Assembly (NCBI GenBank): GCA_030264375.1
Contig: JASCQW010000150.1
Span: forward strand, 22,315,187-22,379,186
Source: Carcharhinus longimanus
Taxonomy: Eukaryota
DNA length: 64,000 bases
Direction: 5' to 3'
Of this stretch, positions 13,395 to 25,750 are shown one piece after another. The notes below the pieces were generated by a model. It was not told where the DNA came from, made no database searches, and was given only the letters and a program-made list of their open reading frames with translations. A program made the position numbers and the translations under genes. Within the stretch, counting starts at the first letter, position 1. Each line of letters opens with the position of its first letter.

Positions 13395-14030
13395 GATCCA
13401 TTCACAGAATGTAGCCATCACTGGCAAAGCCAGCATTTATTGCCATCCTTAAATGCCCTTGAGAAGCCGGTGGTGAACTGCTTTCTTGAACCATTACAGT
13501 TAATGTAGAGTAGGTATTCCCATGATGCTATTCAGAAGAGAATTTCAGGATTTTGACACAATGACAGTGAAAGATGGGGTATGATTTGGAGAGGAGCCTA
13601 CAGGTGATGGTATTCCCATGCATCTGCTGTTTTAGTCCTTCTAGGCAGTAGAAGTTGTGCATTTGGAAGGTGCTATCTAAGGACCCTTGATGAGTTTTTG
13701 CAGCACATCTTGTAGTGGTACACATTTCTTCTCCTGTGAGTCAATGGTGGCAGGAGTGAAAGTTTGTAGATGGGGTGCCAATCAAGGAGGCTGTTTTGTC
13801 CTGAATGGTGCCAAACTTCTTGACTGTTGAGAAAACTGCATTCTTCCAAGTGGAAAGTATCCCATCACACCCTTGACTTGTGTCACTACAATGGTGGACA
13901 GGCTTTGGGGAATCAGGAGAAGAGTTACTTACCCCAGAATTCCAGTTTCTGACAAGCTGTGATAGCCATGGTATTTATGTGGCTTATCCAGTTCAGTTTC
14001 TGGTCAATGTTAATGTCAAGGATATTAATA
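13395..14030 (-). mobile_element. LINE 3' fragment (same family as 51870-52700)
   Basis: gccagcatttattgccatccttaaatgcccttgagaag... is colinear with the copy at ~51870-52480. Its tail is shared with the SINE at 53338-53660. Confidence 0.65.
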
Positions 14031-15239
14031 AATTTCACTATAGAAATCCATNNNNNNNNNNNNNNNNNNNNNNNNNNNNNNNNNNNNNNNNNNNNNNNNN
14101 NNNNNNNNNNNNNNNNNNNNNNNNNNNNNNNNNNNNNNNNNNNNNNNNNNNTTGTATTGCTAAAATCAATGCAAAGATGTTACATCCTTGTAAAACACTG
14201 TTATTTTTGCAATGGAACTCTGTCTAACTTGTATCTAAAGTCATAGAGGTCAATTTTTATCCACCATTCCTATTCTACCCAACAAAAATAGTTTGTGGGA
14301 GAGGGTTCACATCAGCTGAGTCTACTTAGCAGCTCCCTTTCCACTCAAGCAACATTTTGAAATTAGCCGAAGCTCCCAATGCAGTAAAGCAGCAGCTTAA
14401 TTTAAATCTACAAGTTGAAAGTTTAAAGTTTATTGGTGTCACAAGTAGGCTTACATTAACACGGCATTGAAGTTACTGTGAAATTGCAGACTGGTGGTGG
14501 AACTAGAGTACAATGTGATTTTAACCATGGCCTGAATGATTTTAAATCTGCCACTTAAATTGGGCAGTATGGACAACAGTATCAAAACGAGGCCAAGATA
14601 AATATTGTTTTTTTTTGGTTCATTGGGAAGATTCCTTAGGACTCTGGAGGGGCAGCAATGTCCCTTCTGTGCTGTGAGAATATTCCTTGCAACTTCCCTT
14701 CACTAGCTGTTCAAAATCTGACACCTTTCTGGAACTCTTTCACAAGAACTTACATTGCACAGGAGAGCGTTTGTTTCCTTGAGACCCCAGCAGCAGCGTC
14801 TCGATCCTTCCACTGCTCCTTGACAACCTAAACCTCATTCTCACCAGCTTCAATCTCAGATATTATAACGAAGCGCACCATTCAAACTGGCCTAGATCCC
14901 TGTGCCCTCTCTGAACTTTTGGTGGCAGCACCCACTTCAGGCCTGTCGGGCTACAAACCCTTCCTGCTTTTAAACTGCCCCTTTCCCAGAATGTAAAGTA
15001 GCCCTGCGTCCTGAAATGAAATACAACGCAAAACATAACTAAGCACCGCACACCAAAAAGGAGGCCATTTAAATCATGATCAAGGATTCAACAGATTGGG
15101 TTATTGTCATCTTTGTGAACAGCTGGACCTCTGCTTTTACAAGGTAGGATCACAAGGCTTTGGGTGTGCTGCCACTGCCTTGTCACCAGTTTATTGTTTA
15201 TTTCCTACATGATAGCAGCCATGCCATGTTGACCAAATA

Positions 15240-15826
15240 GCAGTACAGGAGCAGGAATATCTTGCTGCAATTATACAGGGCCCTGGTGAGGCCACACCTG
15301 GAATATTATGTGCAGTTTTGATCTCTTGATCTGAGGAAGAATGTTCTTGCCAGAGAGGGAGTGCAGAGAAGGTTTACCAGAGGGATTCCTGAGATGGTGG
15401 GATTGACATGTGAGGAGAGATTGAGTCATTAGGATTATATTCATTGGAGTTCAGAAGAATTATGGAGGACCTCATGGAAACAGATAGAATTCTAATAGGA
15501 CTGGATAAAGTCATACAAGAAGGATGTTCCCAATGGTGGGGGTGTCCAGAACAAGAACACAAGGTGTTGAAAGCTATGGGTAAACCTTTTAGGACTGAGA
15601 TGAGAAATTTCTACACCCAGAGAGTGGTAAGCCTATGGAACTTGCTACCACAGAAAGCAATTGAGCCCAAAACATTGTATATTTTTAAAGAAGGTTTTGT
15701 GATACCTCTGGGAGCAAAGAGATCAAAGGATATGGGAGGAAGGTGAGATCAGATCTTTGAGTTGGATGATCAGCCATGATTGTAGTGAATGGCGGATCAG
15801 CTCGAAGGGCCGAACGGCCTACTCTT
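15240..15826 (+). mobile_element. CR1 LINE 3' end
   Basis: Encodes ILLQLYRALVRPHLEYYVQF and FYTQRVVSLWNLLP. Tail reads gctcgaagggccgaacggcctactc. Confidence 0.9.
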
Positions 15827-17689
15827 TTAAACGAAGCAGATTATTTCAGTTCCGCACTAAGGCACCAAGTGACTGAAATAAAACAGTTAAAATATATGCA
15901 AATATTTAACAGCTCGACTTCAGCTGCACCGGAATTTCGCTCTCCACCCAGTACCAGCAAATAAAACCCTTCCTAACTGACCAAGCCAACATATAAACAG
16001 TTACATGTTTCTTCTGAACATCAGATGCGCGGCTTGTGTACTGTGCCAGCATTTCCCATGTACCACGCACTACAATCCCAAACTAAAGATAGGCAAAGTG
16101 TCAAATAATAATATTTCTGCTGTGAAGCGGCGGGACTTTAAAAGAAAGATAAATTAAATATCAAACATTGAAATGCCTGGCCAAACATTGGAGTCAGGGC
16201 AGAGTTTGTGACAGGGAGCACTTAATCCTTTACATTGTCCAGTTGTGGGCAAAGGTCTGCAGTGGGCGAGGTGGGGGGGAGGTGGGGGGCGAAGTGGAAA
16301 GGAGGTGGGGAACGGTGATGGATATACTATGAGACATCCGAAGAGCCATCAAGCACACATCAAGCCCCTACAGAGTTCACATTGATCCCATTGTTGAACA
16401 CCCAACGTGTTGAAACCTCCTCGTTGCCTCCAAATTGTAACCAGTCATTGCAGCCCACCGCGATAATGGCATGAACGCCACGCCAAATAAAAAGTTCAAC
16501 ATGGATTAAAAAACTGTGGAAGATGGAGCAATGTGAGATAATCATACGGTCGCTGACTCAAAAGCAGCGGGTGGCCGTCAAATCAACAAACCACTTCCCA
16601 CTGCCCGCGTATATTATACACCACGACACCGGGGCATGCTATATCCGTACCCAAACACAGCAACTGTCAAAACACTGAGGGAATATCTAAATCGACAACG
16701 TGTCGACAAATAAGAAAAGATATACCGTAATACAATTTTCATTTACGGAAATAAATCGACAGCATTATCTACAACGCAAAGCTTATTAATTACAATAGTG
16801 GATTATTGTGCCATTTGCATGCTATAGTACAAATGTAACCTTGTCAGCATTCTTGGTTCTGTTACATTTTCAATTTCAAAAGTATGCTATATTGCCACCC
16901 TCTGACAAACATGAGGTACCACATCTCTGTGGAAAATTTGGATTGCGTGTTAACATTGCTGAAAGGCTGTCTCCTGATCAGCCACGACTATTAGACTTTT
17001 TCACTGAACTGGGACTAACCGAATGGTAGATAATCACAGCTTGTCACTCTAACGAGTTTTTTTTTCAATCCTTGAAAAACTACTTGTTTGTAGGGGGAAG
17101 GAAAGTTATTATGCACGAGCGGCACAAAGATTTTTTTTGCTGATTTACCTCGTTCCATCTTTCAAAAGACGAAAAGCGTGTTTTAATATAGAGAGGGTGT
17201 CTGTTTGACTTTAGTGAAATTGCACACATTAACTACATGCATAATGTAGTTGTAGTGCTCTGAATAACCTGGTCATTTTGCCTTTTCTTTTTAATTACAA
17301 TTATTATTACTTAATGCAGAGTGACTGTTAACCTGAATTAACGCAACGTGTGCAATTACAAGATGCCTGCAAGAACATTCTTGCCTCAGAGGAAAATAAT
17401 TAAATTAAGTTTCTCCTTCAATGGCCAGTCATCATCTGGAGCTAAAGCCAGAGAAAAGTTACGGCACAGAAAGAGGACATTCAGCCCACTTTGTTTACAT
17501 TGCTCAGTCTAATCTCAGATTACAGCACTTCAAGTGCAGATCCTTTTAAATGAGTCGAGGGTTTTTTTTGCCTCAACCACCAATTCGCGTAGTGAACCTT
17601 CTTGTGGATTTTCTTTTTCCCTAACATCCCTTCTAATCCTACTACCAATCACTTTAAATCTATACCCCTTCCAGTAGAGTCATACAGTC

Positions 17690-17940
17690 TCTGACAGAGT
17701 ATCCCTTTCCAATCCCCACACATTTCTCATGGCTAATCCATCTACCCACATATCTTGGGTCACTAAGGGGCAATTTAGCATGGCCAATCCACTTCCTTGG
17801 GTTATGGAAGGAAACCTGAACACCGGAGAAAACCCACACTGACACAGGGAGAACGTGCAAACTCTACACAGGGAGTTCAACCAAGGCTAGAATTCACCCG
17901 GGTCCCTGGAACAGCGAGGCAGCCACGCTAACCACTATGA
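17690..17940 (-). mobile_element. HE1-like tRNA-derived SINE, nested in a CR1 3' fragment (~17450-18090)
   Basis: Reverse complement reads gtggttagcgtggctgcctc...gtttgcacgttctccctgtgtc...ggattggccatgctaaattgcccctt. Confidence 0.85.
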
Positions 17941-20900
17941 CCACGAATCTCTCCACAATGGGAAACAAGCTTTTCCTGTCTACCCTATCTAGGCCCCTCA
18001 TAATTTTGTGCACCCCAATCAAGTCACCCCTCAGCCGCATCTGTTCGAACTTTAGCTTTCCCAATCTTTCTTGGTAGCTGTAATTTTTCTAGGGGGAGCT
18101 TTCTTGGTTTCGAATTTCCTGCCTCAGCCGTGCTTTTATTTCTTGTTGCTCTGTAATGGAGGGCAGTCAGGACGGACAATAAATGCTGACCCAGCCAGGG
18201 ACGCCCACATCCCGTAAAAAGAATCTTTTAAAAACTTCCACGCATTCGTACCCAGCAGTGTTTAATATAATCCCTTTGACCAAAACCTGGCAATGCAGGG
18301 CAGCTAGGATCTGAACCTTCGGTTAATAATGGAGACCCCGAAGAAGTGGCCAATGACAAACTATTGGGAGTGAGAAAACAACATTAAGTGGCGAGGCAAC
18401 GTGAAGGGAAATCGACTCAACTCTTTCAGAGACCCCCATGTAGTGGTCAAGTTTTGATGCTTCGCTGAACTTTTGTTTGCTCTGCCGAGCAACGTTTTAT
18501 CGCCGCAGGTTAAATTCAGAATAAGCCATTACACGCAGCTGCCTCCAAGTGCCTCCAGTAACAACACATCATTTAGGTTGCAGCACCAGTTTTCCTTGGT
18601 TGGGCGAATGATGGATTGCATCACCTGCGTGCTGCCCTTAATGTACAAAGCAGAGATGTGTTGAGGGAAGGTTTTTTTTAGCACTATCAATAGAATAAAT
18701 GCAACAGAAGAGTCATGTGGTTTTTTTTAATGTATAGCGAAGGGGCTGGGAAATATTTCCTACAGTGGCGACTTCGCCTCGGCAGTAGTGAATGAATGTC
18801 GGTTCTTTTAATAAAAGGAGGTCTTTTTTGTTGTCTTGGTAAAAGAATGTCAGAAACGATCTGCATTTAAACCCCAACAGCGAGTGTAATCTGGTTATTA
18901 AATGCATTCCCATTATATCAAGCGAACCTATTACGTGTTATTTCATGTTTGTGTGTGTATGAAGATTTGCTTTTGCAGTTAGATGCAGTTAGAACGGTGC
19001 TAGTTCATGCATTCCATCACCCTGTGGCCATTCCTCCTTTATTATTTTCCATCAGAGTGAATGATTCAGCCCAGTGTAAGCACCGTGAGTTATTGCTTAA
19101 TGCTGGAAACCGTGTTCCAGGAACATTTCTTCACTCAACCTAAACAGTTGACGGTAAGGCGGATAAAATACAGAAGCGGTAAAATGAAATTGCTGCCGCA
19201 CTGCCATTTCCCAGAAAAGGAAGAATTACGAGGTCATCACATTTGTAAATGAACAAAAACGGCGTGGGCCGCTAATGTTGCAACAGCCCACAAATAATCG
19301 TGTAAGTGATGCCAAAACTGCATTGCCTGAGATATCGGGGGGGGGTGAAAAAAAAGCAGCCATTTCAGATATTCAGTGTGAGAGGCATTTGAAAGGCACG
19401 CCCCAGTGGAACCATTTTAAATCTGCCAAAATACTGCAATCTTTATACACCTTCACTGCACCCGAGGTCGCCTATCATTTATCATGTGACTGTTGTTGAT
19501 GTATTTGAAATTCCGTGTTCTGACATGAAGGCAGTGAATCGTGTTTTATATGACAGCCTACTTCACCCCGCTATGGCTGTGGATCTGCTAACGGCAGTTC
19601 AATTCTGATAACCACATAACCAATCTATGTGGAGGTGCGATGGTTTGCCGTGGATTTGTGGGCTGCGTTAGAACGAATGACAAGTTTATTTGTGACTCGT
19701 CGAATCATTTATTCCGTAACCGCATCCAAATTGACAGTGTAGATTTTTTGACAGCGTAGATAACCCGCTAAATTAAGAAATGGATGACCCACAGGAAGTA
19801 TGCTGTGGACCAAAATCAGGAATAGTTACAATATGTGTTTGATTTATAACTCGAAAAATTCAGGTCTGTGTTTGATATACAAATGTGTATGCATGAGGAG
19901 GGGCAGCGAGCCTTAGTACATACTGGTATGAATGTTCATCGTCACAACATTGAGGGTCAGTGGCTTAGTTCTCCACAGATGCTCAAGGGATTAACAGAAC
20001 TTCTTCCCCAAGGAAAGTGACACGGGGCAAACTCAGAAGGACATTCATCCACGATCTTTGTTTTTAAATTACTAGTAACTGGTTCATTATATCATTGGCA
20101 GAAACCTAAAAAAAGGACAACCACCAATCTCCTCGGCTATTGACCATGGGGGGGGGGAGTTGGGGAGATGGGGCAATTTGCCTGTTTAACAATACTCCAA
20201 CTCCTGAGGCCAGGCCTCAGGTACAACAAGTGCGGCTAAAATTGCATTCTGCGGTGTGTGCATGGTTTCTCCCGCTGCTGATGCTAGTTAGTGGTGTGAG
20301 CCTTCGCTGTGCGACGGATTCCCTCCCCAGCCGTTGCGAGCCACTGTCTATCCAGCAGTGGTGATAATCAATGGTTCGGGGTGCCAAAGTAGCACCGCTT
20401 CTCACTCCAAACTGGGCAATCTCTGTCTTTCACACCATAATCCGCTTTTGCAAAATTCTAATGCAGAAAACTGTACAGCGTAAATACATTGGCACTGTTG
20501 GCAGTCTGGGAAATAATCCACACCAAAGTGTAACCTTTTAAACAGGTTTACTTTGGGGTTATTTCCACTGGAGTGAAGTAACATGGCGCGAATTCTATAG
20601 ATCTGCTTCATGCTTTTGCATAAGTCTCTAATACCGAGGACTTCAATCTTTGATTTAGCAATGCACAATACATGTGCAGCAAATACGCCCTCTGCAGTTC
20701 TCGCATCATCAGTTTAATATTTTACTTTAGTAGAACATTCTCCTTGTAAAATCCAAATAATGTAGACGTATAGATTTACAGCAATAGAATATTACGTAAT
20801 TGTCACTCGAATGCACGGATCCCTTTTCTGAGACTACTTTAGGTGCAATTTCCACGCTTACATAGTGCGAGAAGAGCTGTTCCTTCACACGATGATAAAA

Positions 20901-22011
20901 TGATTATAGAGCAGATTTTTTTTACACGATGTATGCTCAAAATGACCCATATGAGGGTTTGTGTTTTGAGTTGGAGGCACCTTGAGATATTGAGATTGTC
21001 TGATGTGCAATCAGACAATCTCTTTGGAATGGCTTTGGAAATTCACCTCCAGTCAGTTAGGAAAGTTGAAGCCACCTCTGCTTTTGGATAACTCATTTTT
21101 TTAATGTTGCATTAATCCTAGGGGTTTGCCCGTGGTGGCATGGTTTTATAGTATCATTGTTGCTCAGAGACTGAAAATTCCAGCCCCACTCCTGGATGTT
21201 GTCACATAATCTAGCCCATCACTTCAACGCACTACTAAAGGAAGCTTTTAATATCCTTCAGTGATAATTAAACTGAAGCTGTTCAAATGGCATAAAAATC
21301 TCCTTATGCTGACTGAAAAGTGTTAAGAACCCCACTGATGTTAGATGCAAGGGTATCCCAAAATTCAGAAGGGTAGCGTGGAATGCCAGTTTTTAATTGT
21401 TTATTTTGCAATTTGGTATAATATGAAAAAAGATATGCAAACCTGTGAGGAATGGCTATGTCTTCTTGCAATCATCCAAATAAAATGCTTGTTTTTCTGT
21501 AAAATACGCAAGAAGAAAGGTTACAATACAAAACACAACTGCAGTAATGGCTACACACAGGCACAGACACAGAGTGTACTTGAATTAATCCCTTTCCATG
21601 ACGATCAACATTTCTTAACTCCGAGAATATCCCATTTCCCCAAAACAACAACCCATTAGGTTTAACTCTATGAGCCAAATCCAGGGAATAGTTAACATAC
21701 ATTATTTGCATTTTTATCTTAGGAAGTCCTTCTTCTTCAGGTTCAGTGTAGAATCTTTGAGGTTTTCAAATCAGCAACTTCTCACCCAGAAGCCTGCTTT
21801 CCGGAGAGTTTCTGTTTCTGGCTGGATGTGGCTATGTACTCAGTTGCTGGTCAGCTGTGTTTCTTTCTCCAGTATGGAACTAACCCTGCCACTGATAAAT
21901 CATCTATGCCATTTGATCTTATCCTACCTAAACACCCAGTCTTTAGAAGTCATGTTTCTAGCTTTTAGTAAGACATGTATTCTTATGTGTCCATCTTAAA
22001 CTCTTACCTTC

Positions 22012-22753
22012 TGTAACTATCTGTGTACTTGGAGAAAGAACAACCACAACAATGATTTTAACAAAAATATAGCAATATTGTTTTTAAAAGTTAATTCTGA
22101 CTGAGAGTTAAGCATTCTGGGATTTTAAGTCAACTTATAATTAAGAACTGCTGCAGGTTGTAAAGTTGATGTGAGAGATGATCTGGGAGCTGTGACCTGA
22201 AGCTTCACAAATTGACCAAGTATGGGAAATTGTTTACTTTGTTAAACTTGATGGTACCAATGTTTTATGGTTTTTATTTGAGTGGTATGCTGTCTGAACT
22301 AAGCGTAATGGTATTGTTTACAAGTAATTTCATTGGCTGTTTGAGCCAATTTCTGATTATAGCAATGGCTAGGTGCCTGAGAACCTTATGGAAAAAGTAG
22401 ATAAAAGGCATGTGCAGACTCTTGTCTGTAGTGATAACTCTATAGATCAACCACTGCAAGAAGAAGTGCCCTGAGAACATCTTCAGAGACCATAAGGATG
22501 GATTCTACATCAGGAATGGACTTGGCCACTTCATTCTAACTGGATGGTGTTTATTTTCAGTTAAAGCGCTAATGTTTAGTTAAAGTGTTAAGAGTTAATG
22601 TTCGGTTAAGAGTTAATATTTGATTCAGAGTTAAAGTTCACTAAAAGAGTTAAAGTGTTGCAACTGTTTTAAGTTTGAGTTGGGACCTAAAGTATTAAAT
22701 AAAGGAAGATTGTTAACAGAATTAAGAGTCGACTCCTGTTCTTGTTTGTCACA
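22012..22753 (+). mobile_element. Possible solo LTR
   Basis: TGTAAC...GTCACA ends, CCAAT boxes at ~22333-22350, TATA-like GATAAAAG at ~22400 and AATAAA at ~22698. No clear TSD. Confidence 0.4.
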
Positions 22754-23057
22754 TTAACTGCAATGCTTGAAAGAGTTTGTAGTAGTAGCTGAATAATATG
22801 TTTACCCTGCGGCTAAGCTAATTCACATATCAAAAAAACCTCAGAGCAATCGAACCCTTATCAATTCCCTTTTATCTAAGCTGCTTGAAAAAAACTGAGA
22901 GTTCTCCACATGCCTTAGTCAATCTTAAACCCTCAATTAACACTATCTCATTTGCTAATTGTAAGATCATGCTGTATGCAAATATTAATTTCAAAAGTAA
23001 TGTATTAGCTGTGATTCAGTTTCAAATGTCCTGATAATGTGAAAGCTGCTAAAAAAT

Positions 23058-23220
23058 AAGTAGTCTCACAACACCAGGTTAAAGTCCAACACGTTAGCCT
23101 GGTAAAGGAGCTGCGCTCCAAAAGTTCATGCTACCAAATTAACCTGTTGGACTTTAACCTGGTGTTGTGAGACTTCTTACTATGCTTACCCCAGTCCAAC
23201 GATGGCAACTCCACATCACA
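23058..23220. mobile_element. Penelope-like inverted terminal-repeat relic
   Basis: Perfect 30-bp inverted arms at 23062-23091 and 23145-23174 (agtctcacaacaccaggttaaagtccaaca) enclose a small GGAGC-tgc-GCTCC stem. Confidence 0.65.
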
Positions 23221-24299
23221 TAAAAAATGCCTGTTTATTTCCTGTTCCTATATCTGCCTAGTAATCAAAAAACACAAAATGTATAGGAGTCAAGCAGTTT
23301 AAAATCACTTCCTTTCCTTAGAAGGAAGATTGTTAAGGTCATTGGTGCATAGAATCTCAACTTCCCACAATTTAAAAAATGCAGAATAAAATCCACCTTC
23401 ATACACACCAAGAATGAGCTCTCAAAGCTTTGTAGGAAGGGAAACATAATCATCCCCATTTTCTGATCTGGTCATGCAAAAGATCTTTCGCACATCCAAA
23501 GAATGAATCAAAATTACTCATTTAAAATCCTCCTGAATGCAATACTAGAGTTAGCAATTGTTGCAGTGATCTTACCAGCATTTAATGATAGGTTAGATAG
23601 GTTGTTGAAAGAAAGGGAATTAAAATATATAGGGTCAAAACACACTCATGGAATTGATTCTACTGCACGTATGAAGATAAACATCAACATGGGCTGGTTG
23701 ACCTGAACATCCCCTTTTCCTGCTGTAGTTTCTAATTCTCTTTATCTCCAAGGCTGCAGTAAGGTTATTTATACCTTATTTCTCTTGTCACACTCATTTT
23801 CCATCCTGGAAGAATACTTATTTTCTCCCTCTCAATTCACTTTCAAATTATCCAATTCGGTCTCCTCTGGTCCTCCACCAATCACAGTATCTCTAGCCCT
23901 GTTGACTTGTTCAATAGCTTCTAGATCGCTACTTTCAGCAATCCATTCATGCGCTATTTTCCACTTCTAAGATTTCCCAGCACAGTTCACATCTTCATTT
24001 GCATGTGCCCGAGGGCCAAAAGCCTTAACATATTTGGCGCATGACTGGTGTATTCAATTCAATGCCAGTTCAAGCTTGACAATGTTGAGCATTACCATGT
24101 TTTCTGCTCCTTAGGCAAAGCTGTTATTACATCACGTTTATTCTGGTGCAAGGACAAAGGTCCATGTCTTTTTTTCTCCAGGACGAATGATCCTTCAAGT
24201 TTCTTTCCCTCACCCAATCTACCCTCAACTCCAACACCAAGGAGATCATGAGTTTCTTTGTTTCTAAGATTGAGACCACTTGTTTTGCCTTTTCTGTTA

Positions 24300-25750
24300 A
24301 TTTCTCCTCTTCCCAATTCTTGCTGCCCCATTAACCTGTAATGAGTTCCCTGTCATTCTGCATTCTTTTTCTCAACTGTCCTCTTTCTGTTCAAGTTCAT
24401 CTATTCTCTAAGATTCATCTTTTGCTTTGTCACTCCCTTCTCCACCTAATTCTAAATTGCTCATTTATCCTTCCTAACTGCTACACATGATAATATTCTT
24501 AATGATTCCTTTGTTTAGTCATTATTACTTTTCCTTTAAAACTCACCATCATCATCCTTTTATTTAAAAGAAACTAACTCAATCTGTTGGTTCCCTTCAA
24601 ATATAATCATATTTCTAACTTTTCCATCTTGTTTAAAGACCTTGAACGTGTCACAGTATTGCCCGCAGCACAAAAAGACCACCTAGCCAAAGTAACATCT
24701 CTGTGGTTGCAACCACAGTGCATTATCCCTCTGTTCTCCTCAACCTTTCTATGTGTCAATGTGGGTCAACTGTGCCATTACTCTGGCATCATTTCCCTGA
24801 CTTTGCATTGCTCAACTCCTGCCTGTGCCAATGAAACAGGGCATCTCTAGCTATGGCATCTCTTCTCACCATGTTGTGTTGGCTTCAGAGTTCCCCAAGA
24901 ATTTATCTTTGATTCTTGCAATATTCTACCCCTCAATGATTTATCTTGTGGTCAACTTCCAAATGTAAGTTGGCAACCACCCCCACCCACCACCCGCCAC
25001 CCCCCAACCCCCAATCTTGTATCCTTACCACTTTTATACACCCTACAATCCTGTCAAACTGCCTGTCTGATATATTGCAGATCAGTCAACATTTTCTTCA
25101 ACTCTATGCTGGAAGCAATAATTTAGGTCCTAATCATAAACTGCGCTCCCTTGCTGACTTCAACCTTCTGATAGGGCACTCACTAAAGATAAATAACACC
25201 TTGTGAGACCTTGACATCTTGATTGTACCAGAACTAAGTTTCAAGTCCTCATCACCATGACTATGTACACCTTCATATCACTAGTTCTGCCCCTGTCTGA
25301 CCACTACCAAAACAGTTACTCATGGTATTGTCATCTCTAAGACTGATTTTTCAAACATTTTTTTGCCAATTTCCTATCCCATTCTCCCCTTCCCCATAAA
25401 CTCAAATTTGTTCAAAATTCAGCTGCATAGATTTCTCACTAATCAGTCATCCTCATCCTCAATGAATTATACTTGCTCCCCATTGCAATGTAAACTGCTC
25501 TCTNNNNNNNNNNNNNNNNNNNNNNNNNNNNTCCCCCATGTAACTTTGAACTTCCAGCCTTATGTTCCCTCCTGTTTAGTCCTTCAACCTTGCTGAACTC
25601 TTGACCCACTGCACTCAATCACTATTACCCTTTCTCTAACTTCCTTCACTTGCCAATCCTAATCCCAGAAATTCTTTTCTTAATCAATTCTACATTTTTA
25701 CTTCTTACCTCTTGGAAATGTTTTATAAAAAACACCTTATTAAGCAAGAT
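24300..25750 (+). mobile_element. Highly degraded L2-like LINE
   Basis: Pyrimidine-rich tract with agagttccccaagaatttatcttt (GVPQGS-like) and ttgtcatctctaagactgatttt (VxSRLDY-like). Confidence 0.45.

Noticed and set aside
19955-19975. cagtggcttagttct resembling miR-27
   Set aside because: The 5' end and seed mismatch, and no complementary precursor arm is visible.
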